From Callorhinchus milii (Eukaryota): a stretch of 64,000 nt of DNA. This document shows positions 52,080 to 64,000 of this stretch, one piece after another. The notes beneath the pieces were generated by a model. The model was given only the letters and a program-made list of their open reading frames with translations. It searched no databases and had not been told where the DNA came from. Made by a program: the position numbers and the translations under genes. Numbering within the stretch: the first letter of the stretch is position 1; every line of letters starts with the position of its first letter. Where the stretch lies: assembly GCF_018977255.1 (NCBI RefSeq), contig NW_024704755.1, positions 15,314,001 to 15,378,000 on the forward strand. The letters are read 5' to 3'.

Positions 52080-52680
52080 GAGCCATCTCAAGCGCTTACT
52101 CAAACACACCACCTGCTCCCTCGATCCCATCCCCACCTCTCTCCTCGTCTCCCGGCTCCACCTTCTGGCCCCCCCTCCTGTCCAATGTCATCAACCTCTC
52201 TGTCCACTGGTTCAGTTCCCACCCCCCTACAAACAGCTGTCATCACCCCCATCCCAAAAAAAACCTTCCCTGGATCCATTCCTCCTCTCCAGCTACCACC
52301 CCATCTCTAATCTCCCATTCCTCTCCAAGGTTCTGGAACAAGTCGTCGGTCCCAGCTCCGCTCCTTTCTCTCTCGCCATTCCCTTATGAACCCCTCCAAT
52401 CCGGCTTCTGCACTTCCCACAGCACAGAAACAGCTGTGGTCAAAATCACTAATGACATTCTGAACATCTGTGATCAGGGCTCCCTCTGCCTCGTTGTCTT
52501 CCTCGACCTCTCTGCCTCGTTCGACACTGTCGACCACTCCATCCTCATACACCGCCTCTCCGCCTTGCTCAATCTTCACGGATCTACTCTTGCTTGGTTT
52601 GATTCCTATCTCTCTCACTGTCTCCACTTCGTTGCCTCTAACGGCTTCTTCTCCAGTCCCCGCACTGTCACATCTGGGTC
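52080..52680 (+). mobile_element. L2 RT fragment at the break in pseudogene F V exon
   Basis: VVKITNDILNICDQGSLCLVVFLDLSASFDTVDHSILIHRL. Confidence 0.9.
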
Positions 52681-52989
52681 TTGAGAGAAGGGAAAGATAC
52701 AGCGGAAGGCAAGGTTTCATCCTCTGATGGCAGCCACGCTGTTAGGGATTTGAATCACTTTCAAGCTAGAATCTCCAGCAACTGTCAGAAAATAAAGTCA
52801 AACACTGATTTCTTCGATGATGAGCCATTGAGAAACTAAATGGGTAATAGAGGTAAAAACTTAAATATATATGCCAAATGGCACATGGAAACAAGTTTGC
52901 ACATATTTCATGGAAAAAACTGAGTTATGGAATGAACCCGTTGAAATAATATATAAGGCCGACAGGTACAGAAAGACAGCACTCCCCAT
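52680..52989 (-). pseudogene. Pseudogene F: A/C-type leader plus truncated V
   Basis: Leader 52989-52938 (MGSAVFLYLSALYIIST). V starts at 52781 (VAGDSSLKVIQIPNSVAAIRG*NLAFRCIFPFSQ), has a TGA, and is cut by an L2 fragment at about 52680. Confidence 0.85.
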
Positions 52990-53782
52990 GTCTGACTCTG
53001 GCTCTAATGGTCTGTAACAAGTGAATGTGGATTATTTGATACAGAGTAGGTTGTTGTGACACTGATTTCCTGTTTGGTTTTGTGAAATGTAGCAGGTGTT
53101 GAGAACGCAATTTGTAATCACACTTTTACATTAAAATTGTGAAAATAGTAACCCATCCTGTTAAGATCAGGAAAAAAACTAAGCGTATCTAAATGTAAAA
53201 AAAAGTTCAGCGTCATTAATAGTTTATGGTGCTTTCTCCAACTGGAAATGTTGATTTGAGCACTAACTCGTGGAATAAGTGGTGTCAGAAACATTCCAAT
53301 CTGATGGGTAATCTCTTCTCATGCTTTTATCCAGCTGTCCCCTGTTTATAGAAATTAACCTTTCCCTCTCTTCTGGCATAGTGTGTCCCTATTATCACTC
53401 CATGAAAATGTTTACCCCATCCCTCTAAACTGTCCAATTGTCGGTCCATCTCCAACTTACCCTTTGTATCCAAAATCCTGGCCACTCAACTGTGCTCCCC
53501 ATTTTGTCCACTTGGTGCTAGAAGTTCAATTTCTACCCACAGCAGAGACAGCATAGTCAAAGCAAGGATGATATACTCTCTCTATGTTTCTCTCCCTCTC
53601 TCTCTGCAACCTTGACTCTCTGCTTCTTGCGCTCCAAGATCATTCTGCTGCTTTCAAAATTGTCGACCATTCCATCCTACTTGACCATCTCTCTTCCCTC
53701 ATCCATCTCCTTGGGTCTGCACGGCCATCTGCAGAATATCTCAGGTCTGTATCCTCGGCCCCCTTCTTTTTCTCATCTACAT

Positions 53783-53784
<2 letters not shown>

Positions 53785-53829
<45 letters not shown>

Positions 53830-53830
53830 A
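53785..53830 (+). repeat. (TC)n microsatellite
   Basis: Directly visible. Confidence 0.95.
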
Positions 53831-55608
53831 TATTATCCTCAGACAAACGATTAACTTTCACATTTATGTGAGTGACAGACAACTTTACTTTTCAACTTCT
53901 ACTATTGATTCCAGATCTACTGATGCTCTAACCATTTGCGTGTCAAGACCTAGATGAACCCAAACTTCAAATGGATGATGGAAGCCATCCTTCTGGTCCC
54001 TGGTCAACAACTCCTTTCTCGCAGGGATTGCTGAACCCTCTCCGCACCACCATCTGTGGCCGAACATCCGATTCTTTGCCCACATAGTTACACAGAGGGA
54101 CAGTTAAACCATTTCACAGCATATGCCATGAAGCTCTTTTGAAATGTTTCAACAACATGACAAGGTGCCATATCAATCAAGGATTGCACTGTAATTATTA
54201 TTAGATTGCTTTGCCCTAACTTCTGTCAATCCCACCACAACCCACTGTGTCTCATTCTTTCTCAGCCAATCTTTGGCCTGACTTAATTCCTACCTCTTCA
54301 AACATGTCTTATCAACCCCCCTCTCTCCCCCTCACTTCTACCTTGCTCGGTATCTAACCCAAACTCTTTGAAGCTCTCCAAAACAAAACCGAATGTGCAG
54401 GATGCCATAATGTAATAATCATTGCATTTAATACAGCACTTTGAGACGTCTTAAAGCACTTCACAGAATATATTGTAAAGTGAATTGAATTAATGCTGTA
54501 TAAAAGTGAATTATTGTTGTTGTTAACAAGTAACAACTAATCTGATCAATGCAGGACATTCTCTTACACAAATCTATGCAAATTATATCTTAGGGACATC
54601 ATGAAGATCTGTTAGTGATCAACATGTTCATCAGTCACCTTCACAAACCATTACCTGAAGCCAACTTGTTGCTGTGCTCAATCGGAAAGGTCAATACCCA
54701 CGTCATCAGTAGCTTCTCTCTGTATTGTTGTCACTTATTGTGAGGAAACGTCACAAAGTATTGGAAGTTTCTATTACTTGAATATCCTATTGCAGACATC
54801 AAATCTTACAATATTAAATACGCAAAGAACAGATATTTGGTATTTGTCAATCCTATTCGCACACCCTGGAGTGCATTCCTTTTCTGCTCCCTCCTCTTGT
54901 TAATACATTTGGCAATTCTGTCTTTCCATGAATTCCATGATCTTCCAGTACCTCATGCACATGGACTTTATTCATATGTCATGCTTAACAGTCAGAGTCA
55001 TCAATCCTATGTCACTACTTGAAAAGAGAAGGGAGTTTCTTCTCATACACTAGTCAATAATTTCCCAAATAAAATTGTTGATTGCTTTCATGGCTGTTTT
55101 GGGGACATTGCTGTGTACAATTGAGTTGTTGCATGTGCCTACAACTGCACAACTGTGAAATGCTTTGAGGTGTCCCCCCGACATGAAAGGAACTGTACCA
55201 AATGCAAGGAGTATTATTATTTTCGAATTGTTGTGGGTACATTTTAATTATCCTCAGATTCCGTGCATTAAAGGGATTCTATTTAATCAACTAATAGCAA
55301 ATGTGTTTCTTTTGACTTTTGTAATTGCTCAGTTGATCGTGAAAGAGTTTGAAGAAACATTAATCTGTAGCTCCATCTGATGTATAACAATTGCTTATAA
55401 ATTATGGCACCGGATGGCGCTGCAGACTACACCACATTTATACTATGAAAAGCTGTAATTTACATATTTGTTTCCCTCGTTCACCGGTTGCACCTTTGTC
55501 TGACTGGCTCAGGACTTCTGTGTGTACACTGACCCCATGGGTGACCGTACCTTCAAGCCACTATCTACTAAATCTATGGAGCTTCCTGCCTCAATCCCTG
55601 TACCACAC

Positions 55609-56079
55609 AACAACAACAACAAGATTTCATTTATAGAGCGCGTTTCACCTCGGGAGGACATCCCAAGGCACTGGACAGTTGGGTCGGGACCCGAGCAAGG
55701 GGGAAATGGTCAGGGTGAGGGGAGGGAAGGAAGGGAGGGAGCGAGGATCGGAGGGAAGGGAGGGAATGAGGAGGGGGTAGAGAGTCGAGAGGGGAGCTGA
55801 AGATACGGTTGAAGAGGAAGGTCTTGAGACCGGCCTCGAAGGAGGAAAGGGAGGAAGCAAGGCGAAGGCACTGGGGAATGGAGTTCCAGAGCCTCGGGGC
55901 TGAGAGGCTGAAAGCCCGGCCACCGATGGTAGGGTGGTTAGGGCGGGGGATGTGGAGCAGACTGAAGCCAGAGGAATGGAGGGTACGGGCAGGTAAGTAG
56001 GGGGATAGTAGGTCGGAGAGGTAGGAGGGAACAAGGCCGTGAATGGCCTTGTAGGTGAGGATGAGGATCTTGAATTCGA
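55609..56079 (-). mobile_element. Short 3'-end L2 copy with (GTT)n tail
   Basis: About 90% similar by eye to 36067-36514 and starts at the same TCGAATTCAAGATCC. Absent from the paralogous site near 37600. Confidence 0.9.
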
Positions 56080-56839
56080 GTATTTTTAAGTGTCTTCAAA
56101 TCACACTTGAAGATTTTCTGCTTCGATTGTGCCTATGGTCAATTTACCTTTCTCCCTGGCTCAGTGTAATACTCTGCTACTGTTCAGTGCTGGATGTATT
56201 AAATCAATTCAAGTTGTTGTTGTTGCTTCTATGGTTCCATCAGAGCAGATGTATGAAAAGCCCTGATAACCATTTTTGCTCAGCTGCACTTCTGACACTT
56301 GCAGAAATCATTTACCATGCTTATGTGTGTCCAAACAAACTAACAGAGTTAAGCCACCGATACAAGGAAATTTTCCTATGTCTGGAATGGAATGTGCACT
56401 TTCTCCTTGCAGTGACCCACGCTGCTTAACTAATTTTGGAGAAGGTTTGGCATAGGTTGGTGATAAGTAGATTTGGAGGGATGAAGTGTGAAGCTTGCTG
56501 TGGTAGATAAAAAAGAACTCAGACCTGCTGATCATCGAGAAGAGACAATAATGGTTGAAACCATTTAGACCAGAAAATAGGGAAGTAGCTAAATCTGGAA
56601 TACGAGGCTACCAGAAAGCATCATAGAGCAAGATGAGACAATCAGGATCAGACAGGAAGATTAAACTGGAAAAGAGTACAATTAGGTGCATATGTGTAAA
56701 TGATACATAAAATGGAACTAGAGGATTGGTAGCAATGGTTAATTAAGATGTGGTAGGAATCTTAGAGACATGGATGTCTAAACCAGAATGGTGGAAAGGA
56801 ATATAACTTACAAGCGTACAGGCTACATACAATAAACAA

Positions 56840-57240
56840 TAAAAAATTACAATTGTAAAGAGCCTTTCAATTCGGGAGGACTACGTTGGGTGGGCAGGCA
56901 GCGGACATGGTGCAGGCTGGAACCTGCTGAGTGGATGGAGCCAACAGGTTGATTCCGGGTTAGCAGATCAGAGAGGTAAGAGGGGTCAAGACAATGGAGG
57001 GCCTTGAAGGTGAGGATGAGGATTTTCAACTTGATCCTCTGAGGGATGGGGAGCCAGTGGAGCCGAGTGAGCGTGGGTGTGATGGGGTCACAGAGCCTGG
57101 TACAGGAGAGGACCCAAGCTCCAGAGTCCTGATGATCTGCAGCTTGCGGAAGGACGAATTGGGAAGACCGACAAGCAGAGCATTGACATAGTCGATCTTG
57201 TTTGTAATGAAGCCATGTGTAAGGGTTTCAGTGGTACAAG
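56840..57240 (-). mobile_element. L2 3' fragment
   Basis: ITNKIDYVNALLVGLP..; KILILTFKALHCLDPSYLSDLL. Confidence 0.8.
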
Positions 57241-58911
57241 ATGGTGCAGGGGCTGGAGGAGAAGCCATTTGTGGAGACAAAGTGGAGCCAGTGTGAGGTT
57301 TTCTTGAATTACTTCTAATAATAATAATAATCCTTGGATTTCTTGTATCAGCTAGCCTATGACTATGTGCGTTCAAGTCCTGACCTGGGATTTCACCCCA
57401 TAACCATCTGATTCAGAGGCATGGCACTTAGCCAAGCTGATACACATGACCTTGGCACTATTCAAAGATTAGGAGTAGTTGATCTACAAGGGGACAATGA
57501 CAACAACAACAACAAGATTCCATTTATAGAGTGCCTTTCACGTCGGGAGGACGTCCCAAGGCGCTGAAATGACATCAGCTGATTATCATTGAATTACATT
57601 TGGAAAGCAACACAAGAATGTAATCAACTGTTAGTGTACATATTTTGGTGGGCGAACTTCTGGGGTCTGAAGGCTTAACCAAGAGGCTTAGACTGGGAGG
57701 ATCACTCAAGGACAAACCAGTTATAGAAGATTATGCAGTACATGCTGGACAAATATAGAAAGTAAATCAATGGCAAAGTAAACAAAAACACCAAAATGGA
57801 TCAATAGAAAAATAAAAAGTGAGATGAAGAACAAACAGAAGATTTATAAAGATTGTCGGGAGAAAGGAGACAGTGATCATTGGGCGGAATACAAGATTGT
57901 ACAGAAAGAGGTTAAAAAAAACATGAAGGGATCCAAGAGACAACTGGAAAGGAATATCAAAACTCAAAAACATAAACCCTCGAATCCTTTCAATGTTAGG
58001 ACAGGGAAGACATCAACATTTTAAAGGATTCAAACAAGCTTAAAAAGAGAGAATGGACTGAAGGTAGCAAACACTGAAGAATTCCTGGAGTTCTTTTTTT
58101 ACCATTAAAATCATGACCAATAACATCTTACATTTGTTTCAGCTTGACTCAGTTGTCAACACTCTCACGGCTGAGTCAGAATACTATGTGTTCAAGCCCC
58201 ACATTTGGACACGGAAATCATATAGACAAAATAACACTCCAATGTGCAGCGTTTTTGGAGATGCTGTCCTTCGGATGAGAAGTTAAACCAAAGGCTCAAC
58301 TGCCTGTTCATCAAAGATCCCATGGCACTATTCAAAACAGAAGGGAATTTCTCCAGGTTTCCTGGGCAACAGTCCCCCAATTGGAAATAGACTTTATGGC
58401 TGCTTGTGGTATATTGCTGTGCACTAAAAGACAGTCACTGAACTTTAGAGTATATTCTATGAAGTGCTTTGAGACATCCTCCAAAATTTGTAACGAGTGT
58501 GTAACCACATAGATTATGCTGTCAGCGCCTGAGGCAAGAAGGCACTGACTGAAAAGGAGAGCTGCTGTCTTGTCAACATTCAACTGGAGGAAGTTAGCGC
58601 TCATCAGGACTTGATGTCTAAACAGGCAATCGATCAGAACAGCAGTAGTCCTCGAAACAAGTTCGGAAGCAGAAATAGAAATTTGGGTGCTATTCACCTG
58701 CATTTGGAAGTTAACTTCATGTCTGCAATGACATCACTGAGCGGAGCATGTTATTATTAAAAAGAAAAAGACCAAGGATAGAGCTCTAAATTACTTGGAA
58801 TTATAGACCCAATTAAAAAGTGTGTACATGGGCTGCTAAATCAAGAATAGATAAATTAATGGTAAACTAAGTATAGATAAACATATGCGATAGACCAATA
58901 GGAAACACAAG

Positions 58912-59228
58912 TAATAATAATAATAATAATCCTTGCATTTGATATAGTGCTTTTTACGTCTTCTCGACGTCTCAAAGCGCTTCACAGAATATGCTGTAAA
59001 GTGAATTGACTGTATATTTGTGGGCAAAACACAGCAGCCAATTGTGCATGGCAGTGTCCCACAAACAGTCATGGATTGAAAATGACCAATTTATTATTGT
59101 TTTGTTTTGGAGGGATTCTTATTAGGTGTGTGGAGTAAGGAAACTTGCCCAAGGCTTTGTCCTGCCTGGAATTGAACCCAGGTGTCTCGCTTGCAAGGTG
59201 AGTGCTCTAACCACTGAGCCACAGGACT
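58912..59228 (-). mobile_element. Full-length SINE, same family
   Basis: Head, body and tail present. Confidence 0.9.
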
Positions 59229-61559
59229 GGACAGAACTTGCCAAGAGGAAGCTGAAATAAATCCAGGTGTGAGTGACTCATCACTCACTATGTCAAAACA
59301 GTGCAAGATAGCAATAAACAAGACAAACAGGATGCTTTGCTATTTGCTGCACTAAATCATTTGAGTTAGATCCTAAGATATCACACATAGCTTTGCTCAG
59401 ATCACACCTTCATTGTTGCACAGCGATTTGGTCACTGTGACAATGGGGCTGCCAAGATCCAATAGGCAGTGCAGAGGAAAGCAGCGAGGATGGTCCCAGG
59501 ATTAAGGGAATGAGCTTTGAAAGTTGTTTAAAATTTTATGGGATTGAAAAAGTAAACCCAGATCAATATTTTAGGATGTAACAAAACAGCAGAATAAGAG
59601 GACATAGGTTTAGAGTTGGAAGGGCAATATCAGGACAGATACCAGGTTTTTCTTCACTGAAACTACAATAAACGATTGAGGCTGTGATGGGGGCATGGTA
59701 GGGGGGGAAGGAAGGGAGGGATGGGTGATGGTGTGGGTTCTGAAAGGATGAGATCAGATAGGCCAAAGTGTCTTGTTCAATGAAACCAATCTTGTGATCT
59801 TGTGAGGAAGTGGTGGGGACGCCCAAGGGTGCACTTGGTTGTATTGTTGCAGTTTAACAAGCTAAAGTCTCAAAGGTTGCCATTGAAAGCACCATCTACC
59901 CAGCTTCAATCCTTGTCTAGCTAGGACCACTCTTTTCATTAGGTTTTTGGCCTGCAGAGTTAACAATATCTGAGTGGGAAGATACCCCACTCCCAATGAC
60001 AGGTCTACTCCTTGAAGTATTGCTTCAAAGTGATTCCAAAGTTCTTTTGCCAAGCAAGTCACACTGGACCGAGCTCGGCTACAAGGGGACGCTGTTTGCT
60101 TACTCCCTCCAAGGCAATCACTGGTTGAAATCAGACAAAGAAATACCAGGAATTCCCTAGAAACCAGCAGTGAGCAGCCGAACTAATAATAATAATAATA
60201 ATAAAATAATAATAATCCTTGCATTTGATATAACGCTTTCATGTCTTCTAGACGTCTCAAAGCGCTTCACAGAATATGCTGTAAACTGAATTGACTGTGT
60301 ATTTGTGGGCGAAACGTGGCAGCCAATTGCGCACAGCAGTGTCCCACAAACAGTCGTGGATTGAAAATGACAAATTTATTATTGTTTTGTTTTGGAGCGA
60401 TTGTTATTAGGTGCGTGAGTAAGGAAACTTGCCCAACTAAGCATGAAATATGTGAGAGGATAGAGCCCCCTTCCTCCTGCCCCTCTTGGCAAACATCTGT
60501 GTGAATTTAGCAGAGGCTGTACGAGTTGGTGCGTTGCCATTTTACTGAAGCAACACTCTAAACATGTATTTAAAAAAAGGTTAAAGTAGGACAAACAGAC
60601 AGTATCTCCCCAAAACACATAAAGCCACATCACGTTACACTATATCCTGTAAAGCGTTTAGAGACATTATGGTGACAGATTAAGTCACTACATTAAATTC
60701 ATGGATAATTAATGAACACAAATTTGAATTAAACCCACTCTACAGTTTAGGCTTCACTTGTAGTGAGCCAGGACATGATGCCCACAACGATGTACCTCAT
60801 GTTGTAAGAATGTATATCTGTTGTTACACAAACAAAGAAATATTGTGCACAGTTGTTACAGCCACTTTACTACAATAGCCACAGCCTAATGGATGGAAAC
60901 AGTTTGTAACCCCTTGCTCTATATATAATCTGAGAGAGTGAGACTTTTGTAATGGAACTATTTAGTGACATTTACAAATACAGCAGATCGATTGGGGTTT
61001 TACTACCTAGTTGTTTCATGTGAGGTATATTTTTAGCAGTTACGTGAACAGCTCAACAGTTCAACACCCACGCCACAACTTTTTCACTGCGTTGGATGAA
61101 TTGCATCATTATTTTTGAACCAGCTTTTATGTTAGCCCTTACCAAGTGTTGTTTCATTAATACTGAAGAGACAGCGTAACCAGAAGAGACTGGATTATGC
61201 AACTTACTTGTTTTTATTGAAAGGTTGATTGAACATGTTACACCACAGTTCCTATTGTTTGTACTCTGGTTTTAGTTTTGTAGCAGTTAAAGAACTATTT
61301 TTCTAATCAAGTAATTCAGTAGTTACCTTTATGGATTGATCAGATTCACATGAAAATAATGTTTGGCATTTAAGTACAGTTTTATAGATATCGTAAGCAA
61401 CTTTACAAAACATTTCCTGAAGACATATAATGTAATAAAATAATAAATGGAGTCATGGTTGAAAAAGGGGCAAATAGAAAAGCAGCACAGGATAATGTGC
61501 ACATTGTTCACTATGGTGGAAAACAATATACACCAATAACAGTTTCTGAGCCTGTTGCA

Positions 61560-63008
61560 TTATATGGATCTTGGTTCCCTGCAGATAGCTGCTGCTGCTC
61601 CTCCGTGGTTTCTCACATGGACCGCTGCATACTCTGTATTCTTAATGGTACGTTTTAGGTTTTCCCATTTCATTGGAAGGATGTAAATCCTGAGAGGCAT
61701 ATGTCAGCTTGTTCCTTCTGCCCCTTGCTTGATCTGTAAAGACAATGTTTGAGAACATAATTATATGAATTAATTTACAGAAATCTCTTGAATATGCAGC
61801 ACCACTTGCTCCATAGCTCATTTGGTGAAGTCACTGCTCCTTTAAAGAACTGAACAAACAGAATCCTGCGGCTACAAATTCTGTTACGAATAGGTTAGGA
61901 AAGAAAAGTGAAAATCAACCAGTGTATGAATTCTTCATTGACCTACAGAAATGTGGGGTGTATATTTCTATATATAGTTGATGTCCCAGTGCCTCATAGA
62001 TTGAAACACAATTCCTAGTCTTACACAAGAAAAATAAGTATGTGGCTATACAGTGGCAGATTGTCGTGATCATATCACAACCCAGGACAGTGCCAGAGAG
62101 TGAAGGTTGGGGTAGAAAGAAAGATTAACCAAATAAACCATCTTACAATGAACATTGAAGTGAGTTCCACTCTATTTACCAAAGCAAGGAAAACCAATTG
62201 GATACAAAAGGTTTTACCATACCTCTTTGACCCGAACTCAGAGTTCTACAGCTGCATTTCTATTGATACATGATGCTTTTCTCCATTTATACACACAAAA
62301 TTGAATTTTGGTATATAGGGACAATTTGTAAGTTTGCTGAAGAGTCAATTAACAGTGAAGAAGATTGTAGTTTCATTAAAAATATATTAAGACTGGTAGA
62401 TTGGACAGAGAGGTGGCAGATGAAATTAAATGGAGAGCAGGGCAGTTGTACATATTGGGATGTGTACCCGGGTCTCACGGCATGCTGCGGGTGAGTGGCC
62501 CAGGCGGAACGTGCATTTTATACAATAGAACATTTTCTACCTGTATTTTGTAAAACTAATTAATTGTAGCGTGATATGGAAAAGATGGCTGAATGGGATG
62601 TGGACTCTTTGAAGAGCGAATAAAGGCACCATGGGCTGAATAGCCTTCTGTACATTTTGTAGTTGTATCACAACAAACTACGGAAAATTCTGATTAAATA
62701 TGCAGCTAAATATATGCAGGGAGAGATTCTGCTAGGACATTTGTATTTGTCCATCAATCGCAATATATTAATGATTAGCGCCGCTTTACAGGATATTTTT
62801 CTCTCCTTGTCATCTGGAATTCTCTAAGCTATAAACTGAATTTTTGTGTTAAATGAAACATTTACATTTATCCTAAATGAAACAGGAATATATCTTACCT
62901 ATCTTTTTAATTGGCATTCTTTGCCAATGATGATCAAAAGCAGCAGAAATACCAGGCCTCCCCCTGCACATCCAGCGATCAGCAAAATGGAAGGATAATC
63001 GTCACTCT
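61560..63008 (-). CDS. Gene E (3' part only): D-lineage receptor with truncated cytoplasmic tail (decoy or pseudogene)
   Basis: TM exon 63008-62899 (ESDDYPSILLIAGCAGGGLVFLLLLIIIGKECQLKR-TAG) ends in a stop directly before GTAAG. The last-exon homologue 61733-61560 is frameshifted. The linker and first ITIM exons are deleted. Ectodomain exons would lie beyond the window. Confidence 0.7.
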
Positions 63009-64000
63009 CTACAAGAACAGCATAAACTGAATGTGTTATTGACCCCAGCAATGAGTTAAAGCTTTAGTAACTGCGCATTGTATCTGAATGGAGATGTTTT
63101 AGCAGGTTTTATTACTTAATTTTTTATTTTTAAACAAGGTCTTGGCAAGTCCACAAGAGAAACCAAATCGCCAGCTGGTCAACAAGACTTAGAATTGCAG
63201 GACAGTCACTGGGGTGAGAGGTCTAGCCAAACCTTCACCAAATACTATTCTGATTAGGCTGCAAAGGTGAGTCTCTACAGGGAGACGAAGCACATTCCAT
63301 TCCAAACACAGAAAAAATTAGAGGTGCACGACATTATTGAGCGGAGACCAGAAGTTTGAAATTTGATCAGTTTTTAAATATACTTCTTCTCAGGGAGATG
63401 GTATGAATCCTTTCAATTCAAAGACTACACACATTAAGCTGATTCTTATCTTATGCATATTTATATGGAGTATTCGGTAAGAAACCTATATGATCATAAT
63501 CTTCGGTTTCAATCAAATTAATATATTTTCCAACAAAAATTTAGTTAACAAAATTAACAGTTGGCCAATTTGAAGAGTCTTGTAGCTTAGTGGTTAGAGC
63601 AGTCACCACCCAAGCAGAGACCTTGGGTTTGATTACGGGGCCAGGCAAAAGGTTTGATAAGTGTCCTCACTCCACATGCTTCTCCACTGTTCACCTAAGT
63701 AGAAATCCGATTGTTAGTCGATAGGCAGATCTCTTTCCTGTGGGTAATAATACCTTAATAAACAATATTTTTTCAAAAATGATACAATGGTCACTCAACC
63801 CACGACCGTTTGTGGGACACTGCTCTGCGCAACTTGCTGCCGAGATTCACTCACAAAATATACAGTCAATTCATTTTCCAGTATATTTGTGACGCGCCTT
63901 CAGATATCTCGAAGATGTGATATGATGCTATATCAAATGCAAGGATTATTATTGTTAAATTACCTGTATTGGATTTAGAAACTGCATAGATGGCAACTGC

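Larger units (their letters stand above)
52700..63100. repeat. Segmental duplicate of about 34100-45800 (F upstream plus E 3' end vs C upstream plus D 3' end)
   Basis: Colinear blocks, e.g. 54550-55560 vs 35750-37240, 60870-62215 vs 42040-43378, 62216-63080 vs 44933-45800. Confidence 0.85.

Noticed and set aside
59810-60180. Coding-looking stretch (ORF 59862..60062)
   Set aside because: Short, with stops in neighbouring frames, no splice context and no motif I can recognise. Probably a decayed repeat.
61704-61733. 1-nt deletion in gene E's last exon as a compensatory frameshift restoring the ITIM frame
   Set aside because: This would work only if the TM exon ended in phase 1, but it ends in phase 0 with TAG, so the last exon is untranslated.

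Overview
AT-rich vertebrate genomic DNA; the repeat content (L2, CR1, Deu-domain SINEs, tRNA-Ala/L2-tail SINEs) points to a cartilaginous fish, which is inference. The window holds a tandem cluster of non-rearranging immunoglobulin-superfamily receptor genes, all on the minus strand. The ORF track shows them only as fragments because they are split into up to 7 exons: leader, V exon with a germline J-like GxG(S/T)xLxV end, C1-set exon, TM exon, 44-nt linker exon, and two tyrosine-motif exons. I reconstructed splice junctions and phases by hand. Three genes look intact and inhibitory (A 1096-6812, C 28956-34397, D 42696-50538; about 372-378 aa, ITIM pairs). Gene B (14792-19522) is a chimera with an intact leader, V and Arg-containing activating-type TM exon but two dead C1 exons. 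Gene E (61560 to beyond 64000) stops at the end of its TM exon and looks tailless. Three V-truncated pseudogenes are also present. Together this looks like an NKp30/SIRP-related paired receptor family (inhibitory, activating, decoy) evolving by segmental duplication, gene conversion and exon loss. Most short ORFs in the supplied track come from LINEs, SINEs or chance. Gene names A-G are my own labels.
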